Of a stretch of DNA of 64,000 nucleotides, positions 14,679-28,200 are shown piece after piece. The translations under genes and the position numbers were made by a program. The notes beneath the pieces are model-generated. The model was not told the DNA's origin and did not search any database. It saw only the letters and a list, made by a program, of their open reading frames with translations. The first letter of the stretch is position 1. The number at the start of each line of letters is the position of its first letter. The DNA comes from Antedon mediterranea (lineage: Eukaryota > Animalia > Echinodermata): positions 1,669,812 to 1,733,811 of the forward strand of contig NC_092675.1 in the NCBI RefSeq assembly GCF_964355755.1, given 5' to 3'.

Positions 14679-15261
14679 GTATAGATAGTTCGGTATAGAG
14701 TTAATTGCATGTATTCTAGGCTAAGTATGTATTCAGACTGAGATATATGACAACCTCTTATGCCATGTGCTAGTTACTTGTGGAGTGTTCACACTTTTAT
14801 GAACCACTTCACGTAGAATAACTATGTACGTGTGACCAATACAAACACGTATATATCAGTACAATTCTGATTCTGTTTTTTGTCAGTTCACGCTTTAATT
14901 CAATTAACATTACATTATTATCTCTGTGAGTCTGAACACGTCATTAGTCTATAACGTCAGAATAGAAAAATATTGCTGTCAACAGTACAAATTAAAAACA
15001 TGAATAAAAATAAATTACATCAAAAATCATGCTTGAAGATAAAAAGTATGTTGTAGAATTACATATTAGTAGTAAATGCCAACAATTATATCATCATTTA
15101 GAATGTCTTGTATGTTGCAGCAATATATTTCCATACTTTATATGTATTTTACTAACACTGAATTATGTTATAAATTCATATTGAAGAAGCAGACATATTG
15201 ATTAATGATTAAAACACAATAAAGTATTATATTGAAATTTAATCTTGTTTTTTTTTCCAAG

Positions 15262-15270
15262 AGAAAGTAG
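15262..15270 (+). CDS. Candidate 9-nt phase-1 microexon (E-K-V) of the PCDH15-like gene
   Basis: T-tract then ccaag|AGAAAGTAG|gtgggt; frame-preserving, phase 1. Confidence 0.4.
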   Translation, partial: RK

Positions 15271-16228
15271 GTGGGTAATATTTTGCAAAATGGCCGATGT
15301 GATTTCATAATTATATTACAGCCATATGTCTGTTTACTTCAATATTCAATATTTTTATTTGCTAATATTTGCATGTATGTGTGTATTGTATTAACCAATA
15401 TTTCAATGTAAAATACTCTACGTAGGTGGATTGTGTCAATAATTGTAAAAGAATGAGACTAAATAATGGCACACTATAATGCGTATTTCTATCATCATTA
15501 TAGGGAGCTTTCGATTTTTCTAGGACCTGGTCGTTTATGATGTTTAATTTTGTGAAACCAATTTGGTCCAATTTTACATTCTGTTATCATATGTGCACAT
15601 TTGAACCTTTTAAGGTTTATGGTCCTCGTGAAAAAAAATAGCAATTTTAGTCTTCGCAAATCGAAAGCTTTCTAATAATAAAGAGGTTTTATTTGTAAAG
15701 TTAACTTATCTTTTATGTATCATTTATAATTTGTCTTGAAATACTACTTTATTCTGGGAAATGTGTTGAAACTAACAAAAAATAATTATTATTATTATAA
15801 ATAACTATAATTAAAAAGATCTTTTATTGAAATAAATATTTCTTATATTTTATGTATTTTGTCTTATAATTTCTTATAATTAAATTCAATTTAATAACTT
15901 GTGTTTTGTTCAAACTCTTGCTTAATCTTTTTAACATAATTTATAACTTTTTAACAAATATTTTTAAGCTTTTTTTTAAATCAAAATAAATGATATTTTT
16001 ACTAATTGTAGCTTGTTTGTTTTATTACTTACAAATTATTTTAAAATATATTCATATATAAACTATATATATTTGTATCTATATTAACTCTGTCATTATC
16101 ATTCTATTTTTCCATTAATTACCTTACCTATTGCTTATTATGTGGGAACTAATGTTTAAACTATGTTGAGATTTATTTTGTAACATTTTTATCTTTTTTT
16201 TTCTTTCATTTCATCCACTAAAACACAG

Positions 16229-19200
16229 ATGATTTAACCAGAGGTAAGATTTTTCTTATTATACTACAGTATTAAAAGCACATAAAGAAAAACAAGAAAT
16301 ATTTCTTAAAAAAAAAAAATGCTGCTTGACTCGACAACAGACAGACTATACCTATACCTGTCAGTGTTTGTCAGTTGCATAAATCTCATAGACTCTCCTT
16401 TCACAGAAGTGGTCGTCGGTCATCACAAATTGAAAGAACAACATCTAATAATGTGAACAAACATTTATATCAACATAAAGTCTGGTGATTAAAACAAATA
16501 TTTCTTTCTTATAGAATGTTCTATATCAGGGACCACAAGTTTCTCTATCCAAGAAGATCACGCATTAAGTAAGTATGCAATGTTTGAAAAGCATGGTTAC
16601 AACTGTATCTATAAACATCTCCTTTTGGATAACCCTATTAGCATTGTTCTTTTCAGAGAGATTTTGGGGTAGTACTGCTAGGGATAATGATGCAATAAAG
16701 CAAAACCATTGACAATGTGACTAAAACATTTGCCGAAAACTGTTTGTTTTAGCTACAAACAAATTACGCCCTCTCTGTAGACCGCTTGGGGAATGCCCTA
16801 ATAACAAAATTTTCGCAATAATAATTGTATATAAAATTATGTTTTTTTAGTAATTTATTTTTATATATTAAATCAACATTGGCAATATCAATAAATTATG
16901 TTATTAAATGGTAGTTCTAACAGCTAAAACTAAATACCATAAAAAATGTATCAATTGCATAGCAACGTTTGTTACCGTCAGGGGTCTGGTTTGGGAATAT
17001 CATCACCATATTTTTGGCACATCACATTTTTTGGTCAAACTAGTTTAATAGTATAGACAGAGCTTAAGTAACTGTTGTAAATATTGTAGTATTATTTGTT
17101 TATTAATCATTTATTTTTACAAAACAGATGAACCTATTGGAACACTGAACTACTTTGGGTCAGTAAGGGAACCAAATGCAACAATTGTTTTATCTGTCAC
17201 TCAAATAGCTGGAACAAACCTGATATTCAATGGCACAGACTTATTCCTTGAGTCTCTGTTAACGGTAAATCAGTTTTTACTATACTGATGTGTAGTTTTA
17301 AATATTTTATATATTTGATAATAAATGCTGTGCAAGCAGCGCATTCATGTAAACATTAATTACTACGAGATTATTAAGAGATACTATATTTATGGATGGT
17401 AAATATAACAAACACTTTTGTGTTATTATTATTCTTTTAGGATAGTACTACAATAGTAGCTAAAGTTTCCTGTACATTAGCCCAAAACTATCCAGTAAGT
17501 ATAATTAAAGTACAAATAATTGAACAATTTATTTTCATAATTAATTAATGAATTAACAAACGATTGTAGTGCAAGAGAAAAATGAATTGCAAAATGCAAC
17601 TTTTGTACTGTCTTATCAACTTTGCGTCAGGTACGGATCTCACAAAACAAATGTTCTCTACCTGTCAAAAGTTTATTGAATGTACAATATAACTACTGTA
17701 CTGTATTTTGTTACTTAAGTTATTTTCAATTTAATACAGAGTGCAGTTGAACGTTATATTACTGTGTCAGTTTCTGATGTGAATGGCAATGCACCAGTGT
17801 TTGTAAATGAGCCGTATATTGCGTCAGTGTCAGAGGTAAGACTATATATATTTCATTCAATATTTCATTCTTCTGTTATCAATTTTACCCTGTGAAAAAG
17901 ACAACATGACTACTTATACACCCTGCTTTCTCCTGGGTATCATGACGATTATCCAGGCTTACGTTATTTCCTGGGTAGGCCTAAGTCAATATATCAGTAT
18001 ATAATTTTTATTTCCATTCCCAAAAAGAGAAAATTATTTTTGTTCGACTTTGCTCAGCAAAATACAATAATGACATGTACCAAATATAAAAAAAGTTAAC
18101 ATTCACATTATAATTGATTGTTCCTAATCACTATACCAATGAAACCTGCTTATCCAGGTAAATAACGAAGCCTGAACAAGCCCATAAATGCTAATAGATC
18201 TGTAGCTGTAAAATTAATAAATTAAATAATACTTTTATGCTTTTGTTAGTCAACACTGTGTATCATAACATATCTGTTGTTTAGTATGTTTATTGGCCTA
18301 CATAATTAATAAGTATATTACTTATTATTATTATTAGTGAAATAATTGGATAAACAAATATTTTGTGTTTTAGTTGACGCCAATTGCGTCGATAGTGTTC
18401 GAAGGAGAAGCAGTTGATGAGGATAGTGGAACTAATGGCCAATTGCAATACAGCGTCGTACCAAACCCTGATGATCCGGTAAGTAAAACAATTTGGTAGA
18501 CCCTGGTGTCTATATATATATATATTGTTCCTCATTCCTCTTAATAGAGATGTCCCCTGAATAGGAGTGTCCCAAAGGAGGAGTTCTACTGTATAAAAAT
18601 ATAGAAATATATTATTTTCTAATGCCATTGTTACACTTATCAAACTAGTTTGACAAAAAAGTATGATGTGCCAAAATATGGCAAGATACCCAAATACCAT
18701 CAACATGTTCATATATGAGCACATCACATTTTTTGTCACATAAAGTTTGATAATGTAGACAGAGCTTATAAAAGAAAAATCAAATAATATTAGATGGAAA
18801 AGCGTTCTCTTATATCTGCTATTTTCTTTTGGTTTTATAGGATGCCGATACGTATTTTGGAGTGACTACCGTATCAGTGTGTAACATTTCCTTAAATAAG
18901 GCTTTAGATTACGAGGCAAAAAAAGTCTGGAAGGTGAAACTTCAAGCAACGGTTAGTCTTTATACATTTCCCTTCTCAACACATTTGTTACTAATTTATT
19001 TATTTATTTATTCCTTACATAATCCCTTACAACTCTAGAAAAACATAAAATACAAGCAAAAATAAAATTAAGATCACAGAAAAAAAAATTACTTATGGTG
19101 CTTTGCCCATAAAGGTGAATGTGGTTGGCTTTTAAAAGTAAGCCGAGTATGAGATGAATCTATAAAAACTGTTTCCTTAGCAAACATGATGTGTATTTAG

Positions 19201-22200
19201 ACTCAATGCGACACCTACAGTAAATGCAGTTTTCCACTAGGAAAATAAAATTTGGAGGGAATCTCATGTCAAAAAATAAATAACATGCTACCCTTTTACT
19301 ATTTTTCACAACCATAGCGAATGGCTGTGGTTTTTGCGTTAGCTGTTTGATTTGCATGAGTGCTCATTAAATCGCTAAAAAAAAAATAAAGAAAATAAAA
19401 CTTCATTGCAGAAACAGACCTGGAAGATATGCGCATAAGCTGACTGATTTGTTCAAATAAGTTCACCTAAATTGAAAAAGATGCTGTTACATGTTTACCA
19501 CGATATTAAAATCAAACAATCGTCCATACACTATAAAAATCCAAAAATAATTATACTTACTACTTTGTATACACAAATAATAAAAGTACAATTGAACATA
19601 TTTACTTGTTTTTTGTTTTCTACAGGATAGAGCCGTGCAGAGTAGAAGTACTACCACAATAGTAACAATCAATGTATTAGACGGGGACGACGTTCCTCCT
19701 TATTTCTTATGTTACAAGGATGATGATCGCTGTGTCACTGTTTGGTATTATACATCAATTTTTGAAGAAACAGTGAGTTTTTGTTGTTGTTGCTTAAAAC
19801 TGGAAATGGATTGATGATTGCACTATCAAACTAGTTTGAAAAAAAAAGTGTGATATGCCCAAAAAGGTCCATATAGGGGCACATCACATTTTTTGTCACA
19901 TATAGTTTGATAGTGTAGACAGAGGTTAAGAGAATTTGTATCACCTGATATTAGGCTACACTGGGTAAACAATCTCATTTCCCTGTGAGTATTAAATAAT
20001 TTAGTGCAGAGAGGTATGGCTTAAGCATGGACCTATTTAAGAGTCACAGTTGTAACTGATGTATAGAGAAGTATGGTTTAAGCATGGACCTATTTAAGAG
20101 TCACAGTTGTAACTGATGTATAGAGAAGTATGGTTTAAGCATGGACCTATTTAAGAGTCACAGTTGCAACTAATGTATCATCATAATTATTATTACTTGA
20201 ACATTTAATGAATTTAGGTTTTAGAAATCTTTTTAAACAATACTTCTTTCTGTGCTAGATGTATAATCAAGCATTGGATATCCTACCAGGTCCAATAAGA
20301 GCAGCAGATGGTGACCTCGAGGTCACTGATCCAGGTCCTATCATTTATTCTATTTTGTCAGGTGAGTCCTAAATATTTTATCATTATTTTGCCTTTGATA
20401 TATTATTCCACACTCTTGGGTATAAACCTACACCCAAGTTATGCATAATTTTAGGCATACATACATGATTAATTGATTCAATCAATTTATTTGTAGTATT
20501 AATTATTAATAATTTTGTTAATACAACTTTAAATAATTATAATATTATAATGTATTTAAAGACATGCGCTGCTATCAATCCGTTTCAATAGAACAACACA
20601 TTTAAAAAAAATTAATATGTATCTGAGTATTACCTCACCCTCTCGTTTCAAATATGACATGAATATAACTGAATTTGGATAATGTCAAATATAAATACTT
20701 GATATTATCTGCCTCATTTACCTCCCAGAGAGAAATGTTGACAATGTCTATTTTGTTACAAACTGAAGGCCATTGAACAACATTCAATTACCTTCATACT
20801 TGAAAACATATGACAAACGATTCCCACCTGCTGCTTTAAAAAAATTATAGATAATGATAATTAGAAATAGTTAATAACAAACATCGTTAGTATGTAAAGT
20901 ACTGTACATACATACATACATTATAATGATATATCTAACAAGTAATAGGTTGACATTCTCAGTTGTACAACTAGGGACGAGTCCTTATTGTTTGGGCATG
21001 ATATCACCAACTAGGGATTCTTGATGGTTTGGGCCATTACATCACCAACTAGAGGGTCCTAATTTTTTGGGCATGGTATCACCAACTAGGGATTCTTGAT
21101 GGTTTGGGCCATTACATCACCAACTAGAGGGTCCTAATTGTTTGGGCATGGTATCACCAACTAGGGATTCTTGATGGTTTGGGCCATTACATCACCAACT
21201 AGAGGGTCCTAATTGTTTGGGCATGGTATCACCAACTAGGGATTCTTGATGGTTTGGGCCATTACATCACCAACTAGAGGGTCCTAATTGTTTGGGCATG
21301 ATATCACAATCTAGGGAGTCCTGATTATTTAAAACCATTACATCACCAACTAGAATGTCCGGATTGTTTGAAAATCATACACTATCTTCATTTGATTTGT
21401 CTTTAATAGGTAATCCACCAGGGTATGAAAATTACATATCAATTAATTCAAGTACTGGTAATGTAAGCCTATTACAACCTGTCAGCTATGAAACATATCA
21501 ATATTTTGGACTCAAATTGCAGGTACGTATATCGAGGGAATCATAATGCACCAATGTAACAAGCCAAAACATTAACAGTAACTTATATAAAGTTTTTGGG
21601 TTGGGTGTTAGAAAAAAAAATTATAAAACGATTATGTAGCTTCAACTTTTCCCCAATCAACTGCCTAAACAAACATTTGTTTAAGGTATAAAAGGTCCTC
21701 TACACCTTCCTTACATACTAAAATCCAACTGTTTTTAGTCAACGTAAATGTTTATAATTTTAAACGAGTTATTGTATTATGTGGCTAAATTTGAAATTCA
21801 TTTAGAACCTATAGGCTACTGTTTAATCCTTCAGTCTTATTATATTAATTTTAATGTTTCTGTGATATAGGCTGCACAAGGTGACTTTTCCACCATTGCT
21901 TTATTGAATGTAAGCGTGGTAGATATGAATGAGTTTGCTCCGACACTGCTCCATACCTCATTGGTTGGTTACATCGATGAGAATTCAGTGGATGGCACGG
22001 TAGTAGTCAGCAATGAACAAGGTACAGCTGAACTTGAAATCTATGCAGAGGATAAAGATGTTCCTGAGGTAATTGCACACATTGCATGATCTATTCATTT
22101 TGATAGGCTTTATGATTTTATTATGCCTTTATTTATAGATCGTTGTGATGAGTGGCTGAGCAGGTAAGACAGGGGTGCTTCAAACCACAGCCATCAATAT

Positions 22201-25200
22201 ACCAGGCATTCCCAGTGGCGGATCCAGGAGTTTGAAATAGTGGGGGCCCACATGAAAGGAAGGGCTGGGCTTAATTGGATGTCATATCTTTTGCATTAAA
22301 ATTTGTGGGCCGCCTCTGATTCCTTAACCATTGTCCACTATGGTATATCTTTTATATCAGAGGCACAGTGAGATGTCCAATAATTATACAGTAAATAAAA
22401 ATATAAGAACAAATTAGATAATATTTATCTTTTTTTATTCACAGAATGAAGTAGCTGGTCTTGTGTATGTTACAAATGACACAAGTGGTGTTTTTGAAAT
22501 TTTCCCATCACTAGATACACTGTCTGCTAAGATCGTTGTACAAGGCCCTATTGACAGAGAATTGCAACATATTTACCTATTTTCTGTAAGTAAATTATGT
22601 GTGGACAAACAATCACAATGCATTTTAAAATTATAGCCCAGGGGGTAGATCCAGCGGGGAAGATCCAGGGGTAGTGCTATGACCACACTGTCCCCCTCTT
22701 TTGACAAATAACATGAAACTATGGACTATTTTTTATATCTATTTTTGACAAACTGAATTCGCTCCTGTAGCCCAGTTACAAAGACCTCCACAAATTTAAC
22801 AAATGAAGTTTCTTGATGTACCATCATATCATTTACAAGAAAAACATATTTGAAATAATATGTGAAGAGGATATTCTAGCTTAAGGAGAGAGGGAGTTTA
22901 AACAGCGCATAGAGACTATTTGTATTTTGCGCTACACAAATTAAAAATCATTCATAAATTGTCTTTATTGTGGTACAGGAAAATACTAAAAAGTTATCAA
23001 AAGAAATATAGATATACCGTATATCCTCTAGTATAATCAAACCACCCTAGAACACAACATTGGGCTGACTTTGTGTGGGTGGGCCTATACCTGGGGAAAC
23101 CCTCGTTCAGAAACAAAGCAAATCATTGGCAAGCATTTTTTGTAAAACCTCATCTGAACTGGCTAGAGAGAGGCCAGCTACCTCCAGACCAAAAGTCAAT
23201 ACTGTGACTATACCCAGGTGATATGCCTGTTTGTGAAATAAGACATAAGGTGGGGGTGGGATTAAACTTGAAGAAGGATTATACCCGAGAATATACGGTA
23301 ATTCATTTTAATGAAGTATTTAAAGACATTTTCTTTAATAACCTTTCCACCTGCAATATGATATTGGATCTTTCAAACACAAAGGCGATTCAATTGTCTA
23401 ATTTACAGTGTATAAATAGATTCTTATATAATTTTGTAAACAGGTATTACTGTAGTTTGTGCACTCTGTAAAGCTCAAACCACTTATTGTTCTTTTGTAA
23501 TTAATTGTCATTAATATTTTCTCATTTATTGCACAGTTATATGTAATGGAGAACAACACTGTTGATTTGAATAGCAGCGATGCTATTTTGGTAACAATTT
23601 ATGTTATTGATGTAAATGATGAAGCACCTGCCTTTATAGCAAATGCATACAGCAATGGTCTCAATGGATATAAAGTGTCAGTCAGGGAAAATGTGCAGCC
23701 TGGCTTTGCCTTCTTTCAGGTATATGAATTGAATTATATTGATTATAGACTTTATTGATAAGCTGAAAAACAGAATAATACCTATACTACCACAATTATA
23801 TAATTTTCATTATTTTACATGTGTATTCTTTAACATACAATTATGAAAAACTAATAAATAACAATGTATAACTAATTATATGCATATTCTATACTTACTG
23901 AATATGCATGTTTTATTTAGATTGATCACTGAATATGCATGTTTTATATGGATTGATTACTGAATATGCATGCTTTATCAGATTGATACTGAATATGCAT
24001 GTTTTATTTAGATTGATCACTGAATATGCATGTTTTATCTAGATTGATTACTGAATATGCATGTTTTATATAGATTGATTACTGAATATGCATGTTTTAT
24101 CTAGATTGATTACTGAATATGCATGCGTTATATAGATTGATTACTGAATATGCATGCTTTATTTAGATTGATTACTGAATATGCATGTTTTATATAGATT
24201 GGTTACTGAATATGCATGTTTTATTTAGATTGATTACTGAATATGCATGTTTTATATAGATTGATCACTGAATATGCATGTTTTATTTAGATTGATTACT
24301 GAATATGCATGTTTTATATAGATTGATTACTGAATATGCATGTTTTATTTAGATTGATCACTGAATATGCATGTTTTATATGGATTGATTACTGAATATG
24401 CATGCTTTATCAGATTGATACTGAATATGCATGTTTTATTTAGATTGATCACTGAATATGCATGTTTTATCTAGATTGATTACTGAATATGCATGTTTTA
24501 TATAGATTGATTACTGAATATGCATGTTTTATCTAGATTGATTACTGAATATGCATGCGTTATATAGATTGATTACTGAATATGCATGCTTTATTTAGAT
24601 TGATTACTGAATATGCATGTTTTATATAGATTGGTTACTGAATATGCATGTTTTATTTAGATTGATTACTGAATATGCATGTTTTATATAGATTGATCAC
24701 TGAATATGCATGTTTTATTTAGATTGATTACTGAATATGCATGTTTTATATAGATTGATTACTGAATATGCATGTTTTATTTAGATTGATTACTGAATAT
24801 GCATGCTTTATTTAGATTGATTACTGAATATGCATGTTTTATATAGATTGATTACTGAATATGCATGTTTTATTTAGATTGATTACTGAATATGCATGTT
24901 TTATATAGATTGATCACTGAATATGCATGTTTTATTTAGATTGAATACTGAATATGCATGTTTTATTTAGATTGATCACTGAATATGCATGTTTTATTTA
25001 GATTGATCACTGAATATGCATGTTTTATTTAGATTGATTACTGAATATGCATGTTTTATTTAGATTGATCACTGAATATGCATGTTTTATTTAGATTGAT
25101 TACTGAATATGCATGCTTTATCAGATTGATCACTGAATATGCATTTTTTATTTAGATTGATTACTGAATATGCATGCTTTATCAGATTGATCACTGAATA

Positions 25201-28200
25201 TGCATGCTTTATTTAGATTGAATACTGAATATGCATGTTTTATTTAGATTGATTACTGAATATGCATGCTTTATCAGATTGATCACTGAATATGCATGTT
25301 TTATATAGATTGATTACTGAATATGCATGCTTATCAGATTGATCACTGAATATGCATGCTTTATTTAGATTGAATACTGAATATGCATGTTTTATATAGA
25401 TTGATTACTGAATATGCATGCTTTATCAGATTGATCACTGAATATGCATGTTTTATATAGATTGATTACTACATATACAATGTTGTATACAGACTTATTA
25501 CAGTACTTCTATGTAAGATATACAAGTTAAATAGTTATTCACATTTATCAATACTGATCTTACTATGCTGCAGGTGATGGCAGCTGATCCTGATCTAGCA
25601 GAGAATGGTAAATTTGACTTCAGCATACAGAGCATCACTAACAGTGGTTATGCTATGTTTGCCGTTGAACAACAAGATAACACAGCGATTTTAAAGTTTG
25701 TTAGTGGAATTTTAGTTGCTCGTGATACTTATGTCATCAGCTTAGCAGCTACAGATAGAGGAATCACAAATACACAGTAAGTTAAAAAAAAAAGTTAATT
25801 ATCATTTCATAAAATTTGACTTCTATAGTATATAGGAGATCCAGTGATGTAGCTACAGAATGCAGTGGGTAGTGTCAACGAGTATTGGAATGGGAGGGAA
25901 AAAAGTATCCAGAGGTTTCTTTGGTGGGTGATGTGTTAGAATTAAAGGTCGAAATAAACTTAAAGCTCTGTCTACACTATCAAACTGTATGTGACAAAAA
26001 ATGTGATGTGCCCATATATGGACATGATGATGTCATCGTGTCCATATTTGGGCACATCACATTTTTTTGTCACATAAAGTTTGTTAGTGTATTCAGAGAT
26101 CAACCCAGATCTCTGCATCTTTTTGTGGAATTAAACAGCAATACTCTCATAATTCCTTCCTAATGAAAACTCAATTATTATTTTAGAACGTCTGTTACAA
26201 GTATTGAAGTTGATATTTTACCAACCAATGATACTAATGCCCCAGAATTCTTGATGAGGCAGTATACAGCTTCTGTGACAGAGGAGGCATCGTTTGGGAC
26301 ACTTGTAACTACTCTAACAGTAAGTATTTGTATTGTATTAAACTCATAACATTTGTTATTCATATAATGGTTTTGGTTACTGCCCACCCTTTAATATTTT
26401 AACAAAATTACTGTATATTAGTGTCTTTGAAGTTGTCTAAATCAGGAAAGGAATTAAAAAGCAGTGGCAGATCCAGCAGAACTACTTTTTAATATCTATT
26501 TTTATTATGTTAGTGCTCTCTAGCTTGAACAGTCCTGGATCCTCCCCTGTCACTCAAACTTATGTCTTAACAATGCCCTACACATTTACAGTATTTGTAA
26601 CTATGACATTTTTTCTTTTCTATACTTACTACTACTTTATTGATTTTTCTTGTTAAAATTAAATTGTTTTTGTAATTAAATTTGTATACTGGAAAATATT
26701 TTGGTTGATGTTATGTATTCTGTTTTACCTCAGGCTATGGATGAAGATGGTGACACTGTAAGTTATCAGATAACCAATGGAAATACCAACGATGCATTTA
26801 TAATTAAATCCCTCAGGTAATTAGGTACAATAATATTGAATAGTAAATGGTAAGAATTAGTACAGTAGTATAGTTACCTTTCACAAACTGGACATCATTG
26901 TTAGCTGGCTTAAGTGTGGTTCTCACTAGAAACACAACTTAATGCAACCTACGGAACGTAAGAAAATGCCCTTTCAATAATTGTGTTTGCCCCCGTCTGC
27001 GTGAAATCAAACCTGCAGTCAGTGTAGTTGCCGTATACTTTGACCTGATTCACCCTGTGCTTTGCGCTGTGTACTATTTTTCCCAGTGTTCTTGCATTGT
27101 TGTGTGAAATAAAAATTATTTGATTTTGTGTAGCAATGTTTGCAGCACTGTTGCGTCGTCGGTTCCCACTTTGCAGAACTTTGCATCGATACTTATTTGC
27201 GTTGCATTCTCATGGAAACCACACTTAAAGATGTCTGGAAATCAGCATTCATTTAAAGAATCAGAAATAATGCGGCATGTTATTAATGTGTTTAAAGTAT
27301 TTGTATTTACAATTAGTTCTAATTTTTTTTTTTTTAGTGGAGAAGTTAATGTGAACTCTGACCTTGATAGAGAGATGCTGGATTCTTATGTCCTAACCAT
27401 TAAAGCTTCAGATGGAACTTTGGTAAGATACAATTTTGTTTTTAAGTGTCAAAGTTCAAAGTTAAATTTTTTAATATGGGTTTTGAGATAACATATTTTA
27501 TTCCTTACTATACAGTAAGTTGAAATTTTAATTCTATATATATATATATATATATATATTTTATATATTTTGCTATCCAGATGGATACAGTTTATTTGTA
27601 CATCACGATATTGGATTCAAACGATAATAATCCAATATTCAACACATCTCACTTGACGTTTATGGTCGATGAAGGTGTCGCAAGTGGCGAGGTGGTTGGA
27701 AAAGTCATGGTAATTAATGAATATTTATGTTATTTGGTTTTTTCTACATCTGTTGGATGGACTATACTGAATTACCATTTTCACTCAAATATTGATAGTA
27801 AATATTCACTATTAGATATTTAGTAACAACAAAATATGTGACCCACTTTTTTATGTGGCATTTGAATTTTAGATGGGGTTGATTAATTAATTTTTCTTTA
27901 ATATTTTAATTGAATTCAGAAAATTAAAACGATTTTTAAATGTCATTACGACTTTTTCTGATTTATAATGTGATTTTGCAAAACTACAAGATGGATCTTC
28001 ATCACATTTATAATATTGATTATTGATTATAGATTTATAATATTGGTTATTGATATTGATTATAGATTTATAATATTGATTATTGATATTGAGTATAGAT
28101 TTATAATATTGGTTATTGATATTGATTATAAATTTATAATATTGATTATTGATACATATGATTAGTATAAAATATAAAATGTATGATTTTTTAGGCCTAT

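Noticed and set aside
20968-21355. CRISPR-like alternating repeat pattern (also considered for 23895-25470 and 61698-62252)
   Set aside because: The intervening sequences are themselves repeated, there are no unique spacers or cas genes, and the context is a eukaryotic intron.
25885-26163. Recurrent short ORFs containing KKCDVPIYG or TKNVMC (also 18290, 32229, 40453, 42943)
   Set aside because: They are translations of MITE family A copies, not a protein family.
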